Positions 18,697 through 28,021 of a DNA stretch of 64,000 nucleotides are shown here, in pieces. A program made the translations under genes and the position numbers. Positions within the stretch are counted from its first letter, which is position 1. The number at the start of each line of letters is the position of its first letter. The DNA comes from Bdellovibrionales bacterium. Lineage in GTDB: Bacteria; Myxococcota; XYA12-FULL-58-9; SYDY01. Under the pieces are notes generated by a model. It saw only the letters and a program-made list of their open reading frames with translations, did no database searches and was not told the DNA's origin. Location: positions 23,350-87,349 of the forward strand of contig SYDY01000026.1 in NCBI GenBank assembly GCA_005801425.1. Direction: 5' to 3'.

Positions 18697-21600
18697 ATGC
18701 GATCTCGAGTCTTGGTATTGATTGCAGCGTTGATACAGTGGCATTGCTCGTCGGCTGATAACATATTCGTCCCCTACGATGCACCGGATCTCATTGATTC
18801 ACGCACGGTGGAAACGCTTCCCATCAGCGTGAACGTCTTTGCCGGCGGCGTGGCCCAGGTGCGTTGTGTGATCAGGCGTGATGGCGAATGGTTGCAGAAT
18901 GAAATCCCCTCGCTGTTGGTGGAACCTGCACCACGATCGATAAGCACCGAAGCCGATGGATCCGCCTCGTTTGTCGCCGAAGTTTCGGGAGAATACCGCG
19001 CGCGATGCGGCACATCCGATGGCATTGTTGTGGATCAGCGCGGGGTAGGGGTGCATGTCACCGCGCTTGCACCTATCACGATGGATACAGCGCTTGCTGC
19101 ACCTGAAGTGCAACTTGGTGTGGCAGTGCAAGTGACATGCAGTGGCTTCGATCCCTATGGCAACCCATCGTTGCCTTCTGATGTTGATTTACAAGTGCCT
19201 GAAGGTGCCCTTGGCGCGGAAGCCGATATCGAAACGCGCTACCGTGTGCGTGGACTCGCACTGGGTGAACAGCAGGTGGCATGTCGATATGGCCACGTGG
19301 TCGATGCAACACCTGCAACACTTTGGGTGCGCGCAGGATTGCCGTATTCCATCGACACGGAAGTGTCCAAATTGGAACTTGCACCCGCCGAAGTGACACC
19401 GGTGACTTGTATCGTGCGCGATGCGTTGGGCAATGCGTTGGAAGGCATTGCCACCGAAGTGCGCGTGTTGCAATTGACGGGCAGTGGTCCGCGCCAACGT
19501 CCCGATCTGATTTATCAACGCAATTTTTCATCCACCGAAGCGATGACTTACGCCGTATATTGTACGATGCCTGCGCTTGCCGCATCCGATACAACGCCGG
19601 TGGAAGTGGTTGTCAATGCAGGTTTGGCCCATACGTGGGTGATTCAACTTCCCGAACAAGATTGCTATTGGCAGGGCAGGGCTTTGCCCTTCGATGTTCG
19701 TGTTTTTGATCGCTATGGCAATACGGTCCCTGATCCTCGGGTTCACGTGTATTCCACATCAGGCCCAGGTTTTAGTGTGGATTATGAAGCCGGCGTTCGT
19801 TTGTTGCAAGAAGCCGATTATGTGGTTGTCTTTGAACTGCTTGACCCCAAAGACGACGATAGCAGTATCCAAACCATGGCCATCCCACTGCGTGCCGATT
19901 CAACACCACCACGTGTGAAAGTGTTGAATATGGATCGTGGTGCGATGTTGGAAACAGGCAATTTCGATCCATCACCGGTGACGTGGTCCATGAGCGCCAG
20001 CGATGGTTTGAGTGGTGTGCGCAATGTCATGGTGAATGGTCAATCACATCCTGAGCATGCCCGAGATATGAATACGGTCACATGGAGTATCGAAACACAA
20101 GCACCCTGGGGACTCTCGAGTATCTGGAGTACCGTTGACGATGCATGCGGCAATCGTACGCTCTTTTCGCAATCGGTGATGCGAAGTCCTGCCTATTATG
20201 GTGTGACAACACAAAATGATCCGGCATCGCATGTGACATCGGGTGTCATGGCGCGGCTTCGTCAAGAAGTCTTGGATGACAGCAATCGAAACGATCTGGA
20301 TGATCTGGCGACTGTTGCAGAACATGCGCTTGAACGCATTGATTTTAATAAAGTGGTTCCGCCAGGCACGGTGCTTGTTGATAAAAAAATGGACCGAGAA
20401 TGCGACGGCTTTTGGGGGAAACCTGAGTACAGTTTTTTGATGAGTCGTTGGGGCGAATGGCCTTTTATCATGGGCAAACCCAAGGTGACCTCGGCGCGTT
20501 TTCTCGACAACGGTTTGCACTTTGGCATCAATGCCGGACCGATTTCATTTCCCATCGATATTGACAGTTTGCGAAGTTATTCGTGCGAGTTTTGGCTTCC
20601 CACGGATATTTCTCTGGGTGATCATCGCTTTGCCGTTGAGGCGGATAACGTGCGCGCGGATATTGAATTTACCATCGGCGTTCGTGATGGAAAAGCCTAT
20701 GTCGCCTCACGTGATGTGGATCTTGATACCGACGGTTTGACCATTGATTTCGATTGTCCTGGATGGATCGATTGGCTTTGCGATGGTTTTGGATCCATCG
20801 TTGGATTTTTTGCAAAGAATGCCATTGAGAAGGCGGTGGAAAAAGGGATTGCATCAAAACTTCCCGATGTGCTCACCGGTTTCATTGATAACTTCAGCAT
20901 TGCGAAATCAATTGATTTGCCAAGCCCACTTCAAGGCGCGTTGGTGATTCAAAGTGGTCTTGATGAGGCGGCGTTTACCACGTCCGATGGGGGCTATGGT
21001 GATCTGGGTTTGCATATGCAGGTGCATCCGAAAGCCTTGGCGGTCAATATGGATCCGCCCAAAGGGCCCGTGCGTGGACGTCGTACATTCCATGCGTTTC
21101 GGCCTGAAGACCGAGCACCTTTTGCCATTGCACTGAGCGATGATGTGCTTAATCAAGTGCTGTGGTCCATTTGGGCTGCAGGTGGTTTTGAAATAACTGA
21201 TTTGACGTCGGTGATGAACGTGGGTGGCAGAGCAAATCTTGAAGGGGTGGAGGTCAATATCAAGGCGATGTTGCCACCCGTGGTAATGCCCGGTGATGCG
21301 GCGTATCCTTTTCATGTGGCCATGGGTGATGTGTTGATCGAAGCGTGGCTTGATCCTGGTGTGGTCTCTGGACGTCTCACCGGTCAGCGTATTCGCGTGT
21401 TTGCCTATCTCTCCGCGCAGCTTGCGGGCGATATCCGCTTTGATCCTGTCCGCGGAAGTTTGTCGACGAACCTGCGCGATGCACCCAGCATTTATGTTGA
21501 TGTCGTTGAACTTGATGACATGGGTTATCAAGCCCGCGTGAGTTCATTTCTTGCAGAGTTGTTTTCCATCGCGATGCCCAGTTTGCTTCATTCGGTGATT

Positions 21601-21750
21601 GGCAGTGTGCCGCTTCCTGTGTTGAATATCAGCAAGCTTATCGGTTTGGATGGCCCAGGTGCGCAATGGTGCATCACCGATGGTGATATTCGTCGTGCTG
21701 AAGGCGATGATTACGTGACGGTGTATGGTTCGCTGCGCGAAGGGCAATAA
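18697..21750 (+). CDS. Large secreted/lipoprotein: Ig-like repeats plus a C-terminal BPI/LBP-like region
   Basis: Signal peptide ending in Cys; repeated 'V.C...D..GN' Ig units; C-terminal LDD..R.DLDDLA and AIALSDDVLNQVLWSIWAAG. Confidence 0.55.
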   Translation: MRSRVLVLIAALIQWHCSSADNIFVPYDAPDLIDSRTVETLPISVNVFAGGVAQVRCVIRRDGEWLQNEIPSLLVEPAPRSISTEADGSASFVAEVSGEYRARCGTSDGIVVDQRGVGVHVTALAPITMDTALAAPEVQLGVAVQVTCSGFDPYGNPSLPSDVDLQVPEGALGAEADIETRYRVRGLALGEQQVACRYGHVVDATPATLWVRAGLPYSIDTEVSKLELAPAEVTPVTCIVRDALGNALEGIATEVRVLQLTGSGPRQRPDLIYQRNFSSTEAMTYAVYCTMPALAASDTTPVEVVVNAGLAHTWVIQLPEQDCYWQGRALPFDVRVFDRYGNTVPDPRVHVYSTSGPGFSVDYEAGVRLLQEADYVVVFELLDPKDDDSSIQTMAIPLRADSTPPRVKVLNMDRGAMLETGNFDPSPVTWSMSASDGLSGVRNVMVNGQSHPEHARDMNTVTWSIETQAPWGLSSIWSTVDDACGNRTLFSQSVMRSPAYYGVTTQNDPASHVTSGVMARLRQEVLDDSNRNDLDDLATVAEHALERIDFNKVVPPGTVLVDKKMDRECDGFWGKPEYSFLMSRWGEWPFIMGKPKVTSARFLDNGLHFGINAGPISFPIDIDSLRSYSCEFWLPTDISLGDHRFAVEADNVRADIEFTIGVRDGKAYVASRDVDLDTDGLTIDFDCPGWIDWLCDGFGSIVGFFAKNAIEKAVEKGIASKLPDVLTGFIDNFSIAKSIDLPSPLQGALVIQSGLDEAAFTTSDGGYGDLGLHMQVHPKALAVNMDPPKGPVRGRRTFHAFRPEDRAPFAIALSDDVLNQVLWSIWAAGGFEITDLTSVMNVGGRANLEGVEVNIKAMLPPVVMPGDAAYPFHVAMGDVLIEAWLDPGVVSGRLTGQRIRVFAYLSAQLAGDIRFDPVRGSLSTNLRDAPSIYVDVVELDDMGYQARVSSFLAELFSIAMPSLLHSVIGSVPLPVLNISKLIGLDGPGAQWCITDGDIRRAEGDDYVTVYGSLREGQ

Positions 21751-21786
21751 ACCATTGAGAACGAAAGCTCATGTCGATTGTCTTTT

Positions 21787-21846
21787 GTAGGGGCCGTTCG
21801 TGAACGGCCCGTTTCTCTCATAGGGCGGTTCGCGAACCGCCCCTAC
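21787..21846. repeat. GTAG-type REPIN, 60 bp
   Basis: GTAGGGGCCGTTCGTGAACGGCCC...GGGCGGTTCGCGAACCGCCCCTAC. Confidence 0.88.
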
Positions 21847-21884
21847 AAAAACATGCACGCAAGAACGATGTTATTTTTAGAACC

Positions 21885-21922
21885 CGTCATTGAGAGGCCG
21901 GTGACTCGGGCTCGCAATGACG
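21885..21922. repeat. CGTC-type palindromic repeat
   Basis: CGTCATTGAGAG...CTCGCAATGACG inverted ends; related to the end at 53516. Confidence 0.7.
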
Positions 21923-21958
21923 AACATTTTGTTTTGCGGGGGCTATAATACCTAAAAA

Positions 21959-21986
21959 TTGACAAATTTGATCACCGCGCCATTCT
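21959..21986 (+). promoter_or_regulatory. Putative sigma70 promoter, probably leaderless
   Basis: TTGACA-16 nt-CATTCT, 7 nt before ATG 21994, no SD sequence. Confidence 0.45.
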
Positions 21987-21993
21987 CTCCGCC

Positions 21994-22965
21994 ATGATGT
22001 TGACCATCACAGCACTCATCGCATTACTGTCGAGCTCTACAACTGAAACAATCGAAAAATCGGCTGAAGTACCCAAGCCACAAGGCCCATGGGCTTACGC
22101 GCTTAATTTCGGGAGCAACGTTGCGTACAGTCACAGCAGTGGTGTTGTGGGCACGCCCAACGGATCGACGTTCAAGCTTGGTCTTCAGATCGATTCCAGT
22201 GCCACGTGGACACATCAATCGCACAAAGTCGCAAGTACATTTGAAGTCAACGAATCGTTCAGTAAAACACCGCAGCTCAGTCCATGGTTGAAAGCGTTGG
22301 ACACTTTCAAATTCACAACCATGTACACCTATGCGCTGCCTCGTGTGCCTTGGCTTGGTCCTTTTGTTGGGTTTGCTCTGCAAACCCAAGCATTGCCAGG
22401 ATTCAATATAAGCAGCAGCGATACCAACGTTGTGAGAATTCGATCCGATGGTATTCAGGAAGAGCAAGTCTATGCGGCGCAACACCGCATCCCACTTACC
22501 GGTGCTTTTGAACCGTTGCAATTGCGTGAAAGCACGGGATTTTCTGCAACAGCGGTTGAACGTACAGCATTGAATGTACAGGTCAATTTGGGTCTTGCGA
22601 CGCAGCAAATTCTGGCACGCCACGGGTATGTTGTTGATGACGATGCACAAACCAGTGATCTCGAATTGCGTCAACTTCAATCACAGTACCAGACCGGTGC
22701 TGAATTCACGATGAAAGCCTCTGGCGAATGGCACGAACGATTGAGTTACAAAGCCGAAGCCAATGTGCTCCAGCCTTTTTATAGCAGCGATGGACGACAG
22801 GGACTTGATGCTTTGCAGGCAGAATTTAAAGCGACGTTTTCGGTCAAAGTGATTCAATGGATTTCCATCGATTACATTCTGATGGCAAAACGTGTTCCAA
22901 GTATTCTTTCCAATTGGCAGATACAAAATGGGTTGGTTCTTACTGCCAAGTATCAGATTTTTTAG
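21994..22965 (+). CDS. Outer-membrane beta-barrel protein (DUF3078/DUF481-like)
   Basis: Signal peptide, alternating beta-strand pattern, C-terminal YQIF. Confidence 0.6.
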   Translation: MMLTITALIALLSSSTTETIEKSAEVPKPQGPWAYALNFGSNVAYSHSSGVVGTPNGSTFKLGLQIDSSATWTHQSHKVASTFEVNESFSKTPQLSPWLKALDTFKFTTMYTYALPRVPWLGPFVGFALQTQALPGFNISSSDTNVVRIRSDGIQEEQVYAAQHRIPLTGAFEPLQLRESTGFSATAVERTALNVQVNLGLATQQILARHGYVVDDDAQTSDLELRQLQSQYQTGAEFTMKASGEWHERLSYKAEANVLQPFYSSDGRQGLDALQAEFKATFSVKVIQWISIDYILMAKRVPSILSNWQIQNGLVLTAKYQIF

Positions 22966-22991
22966 AACTTGAATCGATCAAGTGTTCTTTT

Positions 22992-23090
22992 GTCGGGGCG
23001 GTTTGTGAACCGCCCTTCCGAAAACGTCATCCCCGCGAAAGCGGGGACCCAATTCAAAATCCGCACGGGCGCTTCACGAAGCGCCCCTAC
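22992..23090. repeat. GTAG REPIN with a CGTC-type hairpin nested in its spacer
   Basis: GTCGGGGCGGTTTGTGAACCGCCC, then CGTCATCCCCGCGAAAGCGGGGACCC (23025..23050), then GGGCGCTTCACGAAGCGCCCCTAC. Confidence 0.85.
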
Positions 23091-23141
23091 ATCAGAACAA
23101 TAATGGGTTCGTCTTTATAGCGTTTCACCACGCCCTAATAT

Positions 23142-23627
23142 TCAATACGTTGTTTTAACAACAAGATTGAGCTTGATCCATTCGGAACGATGGCGATCGT
23201 TGGTGATCTTGATCTGCACATCTTGTCTGTTTTTTTCCACGGGAACACCATGCGAAAATTCTGCACTGAAAGATCGCGATCCGCCCAACATACCACCGCT
23301 TGACCATGGTGTGATGTGCATTTCAAAATCGGCTTGCGGAGCGCCACGTCCACCTAAACGCACGGCTTCGGGTTCATGGTTGCGCAATGATTTGAGATCG
23401 TTCACGAATACTTGGGGTCCGCGAGGTGCCGGCATCCCAGGACCTGTGATTTGTGGCATTTTGTTATTGTAAATGTACATCTCTTTTTTAGGTACACGTT
23501 TGTATTTGCTTGCATGCGTTCCATTGCCAATGCCACCACAGATATCGGGATGCGCGGCGACGGGACGCACGCGACTGCCGTTGCCACCACAGATATCCGG
23601 ACCACTGATTCTTTGTGTTGCTGACAT
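23142..23627 (-). CDS. Hypothetical protein with duplicated PDICGG motif
   Basis: ATG 23627 preceded by AGGGGGG RBS and TACAAT; no recognisable family. Confidence 0.6.
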   Translation of the reverse strand: MSATQRISGPDICGGNGSRVRPVAAHPDICGGIGNGTHASKYKRVPKKEMYIYNNKMPQITGPGMPAPRGPQVFVNDLKSLRNHEPEAVRLGGRGAPQADFEMHITPWSSGGMLGGSRSFSAEFSHGVPVEKNRQDVQIKITNDRHRSEWIKLNLVVKTTY

Positions 23628-23850
23628 ATTTCCCCCCTGAGATTGATTGTATTTTCTATGTGAAAACACACCTCAATGTATCGGGATATATTTTGTCTTG
23701 TTGCAATAAACCGAATCAAACTGTCAGAAGCATTGAATCAGCGATCGTCGATTCTCACATTGCATTGCTGACCTTTATTTAAAGTATTGACAACGAAAGG
23801 ACCCGTGTTGGTTAAGTAAATCCCTCTTAATCTATTGGAGGCGCTTCAGT

Positions 23851-24966
23851 ATGGGATATCTTGTTGTACCCAATCATCCCAATATGTGCATGAATGCAAC
23901 GTATTGTGCCTACCCATCCGGCGGAACACATTTGTGTGGTGATCCTCCGTGGGTGCCTTTTGACCCAACGAGTCCTTTTTGCGATCAATTTATTTTAACA
24001 ACACGTCCGGAATTGCTTGTGACGCCCGAAGGTTTGCCCAATGAAACATTTTTGGGACAAGCGGAAGTGCGCGCAAAAAATCCCAATGCCAACCACGGCA
24101 TTTTCGGTTTGCGTGATGTTGAAACGGTCATGAAGCAATACCAAAATTCATGGCGATGGATGTCTGATGCAGGCAAACTGATGCTGCTCGGGCGTTTGAA
24201 TGACGCCAGTGCATATCGCGCAGATCGGGAACCACCGATCCCCGCAATCACAGGAATGAGTGTCACCAGGTTCCTTGGGCGTGTTGGAGAAATTCAAACA
24301 GCCAAGCCACTGGATGCTGCACAGGGTTTGGGAACATTGCCGCCTAAGCCCTTGCATACGCGCGGTGTGGGATGTCCTGTTGTTTTCGAAAGTCACGAAC
24401 GATGGTCAGGCGCATTGCCGGCGTCCCTTCAGGATATCACACTCGGTTACATGCGTTTGGGGCCTGGCGCAGCCGATACAGCGGCAGGGGCTGCTTTGCT
24501 CTTTTTAACAGACAGGGATCAGGGTGGGGATATCGGATCGGTATTTTTAGGTTTTGGTCATACCTACAGTGCCAGTGGAACCGATCAAACATTGGCTGGA
24601 TTAAGCGCCGTCAATGAAACACTCGGTGCCATGGTTTTTCATGCTGGTGATTCACTGCGTGGGATCAATTATTCAAACACAAGTTGGCCTTCGGATCTGC
24701 GTAAAATACTCAATGGCGAAGGTTGTATCGCGACTATCACAGGAGAAGGGTGGAGCATTGAGGTTCGGCGTCATCCCGATTACAAGGCCCATCTTTCAGG
24801 AATGAACGATCTGTTGCGTTTTCCACACCCAGCCCATTTTAATTGGATGTGGCAAACGGGCTTTACTGCGGTGGCCGCTACCCTTGTTGCAGGCGGTGTG
24901 TGGCTCACACAACGTCTTTCAAAATGGTATAGCAGCGTTCCTACGACGAGAGATTCACAAAATTAA
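23851..24966 (+). CDS. Hypothetical protein, possible catalase-like fold, C-terminal TM helix
   Basis: GGAGG RBS; KPLHTRGV...GYMRLG...GAALLF resembles the catalase-superfamily H..G / R.S / G.A.KF pattern; hydrophobic tail. Confidence 0.5.
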   Translation: MGYLVVPNHPNMCMNATYCAYPSGGTHLCGDPPWVPFDPTSPFCDQFILTTRPELLVTPEGLPNETFLGQAEVRAKNPNANHGIFGLRDVETVMKQYQNSWRWMSDAGKLMLLGRLNDASAYRADREPPIPAITGMSVTRFLGRVGEIQTAKPLDAAQGLGTLPPKPLHTRGVGCPVVFESHERWSGALPASLQDITLGYMRLGPGAADTAAGAALLFLTDRDQGGDIGSVFLGFGHTYSASGTDQTLAGLSAVNETLGAMVFHAGDSLRGINYSNTSWPSDLRKILNGEGCIATITGEGWSIEVRRHPDYKAHLSGMNDLLRFPHPAHFNWMWQTGFTAVAATLVAGGVWLTQRLSKWYSSVPTTRDSQN

Positions 24967-25002
24967 TATTCATATAAAAAGTAATCAACAAAGCCTATAG
25001 GT

Positions 25003-25941
25003 TTGCCGATACTTCGCGCCATGGGACGAACACCAAGCATCCAAAGAAACGCCACGACCACTTACGCACAAAATAAATATGCAAGAAAGCAAAGCGAAGC
25101 CGCATACCCCCAACGGGGCACATGGCAACATCGTGTGAAAAGCGATGCTTTACGCCCCACAAGAGATACATGCCAATCATTTTATGGGAAAACCCCTGAA
25201 GCCTCATACTGCTCTGTGCTCACCCCCACCCCCCAAATCTTTAGAAAAAATTGCTCATATTTTGATTCTAATTTTTATGGGGTACCCTACGCTTCTTACG
25301 AGGGACCATGCCCACCCGCAAATACCGCCAACGTTAAATGCTGGGGTAGTGTAAGTACCTCCACGATGCGCGCCCGCTTGAATTGCCTACCACCCCCACC
25401 GGAAGACGAGAGAGATGAGAAGCGGCACGCCATGATCTTTGGTGCCTCTTTGGCAACGTTTCTCCTTATTGTGGGCGGCGTTATCGTGGTGCGCGCAAGA
25501 AGGTCCTGTCTAAGGGAACAGGCGCGAGAAGCTGCTCGAAGGGAAGCGGGGCGAGAGTTACCATGGGCTGACTTGCAAACATTTGCGCCTATCGCAGGCG
25601 ATTCGCCCGCGCTGCTTCGCAATTTGTTAACGGACAACTGTCCTATCGCAATGGATCGTAACGGCCTATGGTGTGCTGTGCGTACACCAGGCGTTGTTCA
25701 TTTTATGATTTATGATCAGGTTGTGCGCATGCCTCGCGTAGACGGAGCTCAGATACGTCATCCGCTGAGGCAAGATCAGTCATTCAATGTTCGCACCGAT
25801 ATGTACAAACTGGATACGGTGGCCATCGCTGCCATCGAAGCACATCTTGCTGTCCCACGTCCTGCAACAATACTTGCTGAAGCAGCACGCGATGTTTCAG
25901 TAATTATCCTAACTGACACGATTGGAGAATCGGCGGTTTAG
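25003..25941 (+). CDS. Hypothetical single-pass membrane protein; possible C-terminal U-box/NleG-like domain
   Basis: Cys-rich segment, PPPP linker, TM helix AMIFGASLATFLLIVGGVIVV followed by RARR, then CPIAMD...RHPLRQ. Start uncertain. Confidence 0.5.
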   Translation: MPILRAMGRTPSIQRNATTTYAQNKYARKQSEAAYPQRGTWQHRVKSDALRPTRDTCQSFYGKTPEASYCSVLTPTPQIFRKNCSYFDSNFYGVPYASYEGPCPPANTANVKCWGSVSTSTMRARLNCLPPPPEDERDEKRHAMIFGASLATFLLIVGGVIVVRARRSCLREQAREAARREAGRELPWADLQTFAPIAGDSPALLRNLLTDNCPIAMDRNGLWCAVRTPGVVHFMIYDQVVRMPRVDGAQIRHPLRQDQSFNVRTDMYKLDTVAIAAIEAHLAVPRPATILAEAARDVSVIILTDTIGESAV

Positions 25942-25968
25942 GTTTCAAAATAAAATGTTCGTTTTGAT

Positions 25969-26033
25969 GTAGGGGCGGACCCCTGTGTCCGCCCTTGTTC
26001 GTGATGAGGGCAGACACGGGGGTCTGCCCCTAC
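25969..26033. repeat. GTAG REPIN, second subfamily
   Basis: GTAGGGGCGGACCCCTGTGTCCGCCC...GGGCAGACACGGGGGTCTGCCCCTAC, between convergent genes. Confidence 0.88.
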
Positions 26034-26060
26034 ATGAAAGGCTCAATCGAAGCGCAATCC

Positions 26061-27476
26061 TTAGATCAATCGCTTGATCCAACGCGTTTTGGCATCGCTG
26101 TACGGTGGATAGCGCAGCGGGGGTTCCATGCCAAAGGGCTTTCGCATCACGCTCTTCATGTGGCTGAACGTATCGAAGCTTGTCTTGCCATGATAAGCAC
26201 CCATGCCGCTTTCGCCGACGCCGCCAAAGGGCAGATTGTGTCCGACTGCGTGGCTTAAGCATTCATTGATGCATACGCCACCGGAGCTTGTTCGTCGCAC
26301 AATGTCATCGGCGAGTGCAGCATTGCCGGTGAAAATGTACAATGCGAGTGGCTTGGGACGCGCACGCACAAACTGAATCGCTTCTTCGGCATTGTCGATG
26401 GCAATCACAGGCAAAATTGGACCAAAAATTTCTTCTTGCATCACGGGCGCATCGGGCGACACATCGGCAAGGACAGTTGGTGCAATAAATCGATCTTCAC
26501 CGGATGTTTCACCACCTATGACCACGCGACCGTCGCGGAGTAATTTGCATAACCGTTGATGATGACGAAGATTCACGATGCGTGCGAAATCGGGACTTGT
26601 ACGCGGTGTGCTGCCGTAAAACTGGGTGATGTATTTTTTAATGGCTTGCAAGAGGGGCTCTTGCAAACTTTTTTCAACCAACACGTAATCGGGTGCGATG
26701 CACGTCTGCCCTGCATTGAAAAATTTACCCCAAACAATGCGGCGTGCCGTGACATCGATGTCGGGTTGATCGAGTACGATACATGGGCTTTTACCCCCCA
26801 ATTCAAGCGTCACGGGCGTTAGATGTTTGGCTGCCGCAGTCATCACAATACGACCGACGGCTGTGCTTCCTGTGTAAAATATCGTGTCGAATCGTTCAGC
26901 AAGGAGGGCAGTGGATGTTTCGATGCCGCCGTTGATGACGCGAATGGCATCGGGATCAAGATAGGCTTCACACAATTCGGCCATGAGGTCGGCGGTATGG
27001 GGTGCAAGTTCCGATGGTTTGATAATCGCACAATTGCCGGCCGCAATGGCGCCGACCAAGGCACTGAAAGCCAACTGCACGGGATAATTCCACGGTGCGA
27101 TAATCAACGCCACACCAAGAGGTTCAGGTTGGATGTATGAACGTGCGGGTTGAAATGCCACGGGCACCAAAACGTTTCGTGCTTTGGTCCATGTTTTGAG
27201 ATGCTTGAGCGCATATTGTGCTTCGCTCACCACCGCATGAATTTCACCTGCCCAGGCTTCGAGATAGGGTTTTCCCAAATCATCGGCAAGTGCCTTAACG
27301 AGGCGATCTTCTGCTTCGTGCATCATGCGTATTAACGCGTTCAGTTGTTTGCGACGCCACGCGAGTGATTTTGTGATCTCTGCATCAAAGGTTTTACGCA
27401 GTGTGAGAAGGGCAGGCCCTATCTCTTGTTCGATGGTGGGCAATTCGTTCGTGACAGGTGTTGCAAGCATGGCCAT
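26061..27476 (-). CDS. Aldehyde dehydrogenase (ALDH3/fatty-aldehyde type)
   Basis: APWNYP, KPSE, YTGST, LELGGKSP, NAGQTC, EEIFGP and PFGGVGESG. Confidence 0.94.
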   Translation of the reverse strand: MAMLATPVTNELPTIEQEIGPALLTLRKTFDAEITKSLAWRRKQLNALIRMMHEAEDRLVKALADDLGKPYLEAWAGEIHAVVSEAQYALKHLKTWTKARNVLVPVAFQPARSYIQPEPLGVALIIAPWNYPVQLAFSALVGAIAAGNCAIIKPSELAPHTADLMAELCEAYLDPDAIRVINGGIETSTALLAERFDTIFYTGSTAVGRIVMTAAAKHLTPVTLELGGKSPCIVLDQPDIDVTARRIVWGKFFNAGQTCIAPDYVLVEKSLQEPLLQAIKKYITQFYGSTPRTSPDFARIVNLRHHQRLCKLLRDGRVVIGGETSGEDRFIAPTVLADVSPDAPVMQEEIFGPILPVIAIDNAEEAIQFVRARPKPLALYIFTGNAALADDIVRRTSSGGVCINECLSHAVGHNLPFGGVGESGMGAYHGKTSFDTFSHMKSVMRKPFGMEPPLRYPPYSDAKTRWIKRLI

Positions 27477-27485
27477 AACAATCCT

Positions 27486-27953
27486 TTACAAGGGAAGAAG
27501 GTTCTGTCCAGGACCGCGCAGTCTCCAGGCAAAGCCCATCTTCGTTTTGGCGGCAGCGGTGGCCAGTTTATCTGCATATTCGTTCTCTGCAACCCCTGAA
27601 TGGCCCGGTACATAACGTAAACTCCAATTGGGGACCGATGCGAGGGCATTTTGCACGTGTCGGATTAAATCGATGTTGGCTTTGGCACGCCATCCTTTGC
27701 TGAGGACACCAATCGCATAGGTACTATCGGTATGGATCACACAGCCTTGTCCTGGGTACACGGCAGCAACGCGCTCGGCAGCACGCATAATACCGGAAAG
27801 CTCTGCAATGTTGTTGGTTCCCTCGCCAAGATATTCCGCGTATTCCCAAGCCTCGCCATCCAGCTTAATAACAACCCCAAGGCCTGCGGGGCCGGGATTG
27901 TATCGACAGGCACCATCGGTATACGCGATCACTGGGATTTGCATTGGGTTCAT
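27486..27953 (-). CDS. rnhA: Ribonuclease HI
   Basis: YTDGACRYNPGPAG, TNNIAEL, HTDS and GHSG..NEYAD. Start at 27953 or 27944. Confidence 0.88.
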   Translation of the reverse strand: MNPMQIPVIAYTDGACRYNPGPAGLGVVIKLDGEAWEYAEYLGEGTNNIAELSGIMRAAERVAAVYPGQGCVIHTDSTYAIGVLSKGWRAKANIDLIRHVQNALASVPNWSLRYVPGHSGVAENEYADKLATAAAKTKMGFAWRLRGPGQNLLPL

Positions 27954-28021
27954 AGTATCGTAGAGCGGCATCTCTTGGCCATTGTGTGCCAATAAATGAC
28001 CAAAAATTGGGTAAAAGACAT

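Noticed and set aside
23142-23627. PDICGG repeats as a RiPP precursor
   Set aside because: No modifying enzyme, peptidase or exporter is nearby, and the protein continues into a globular-looking domain.
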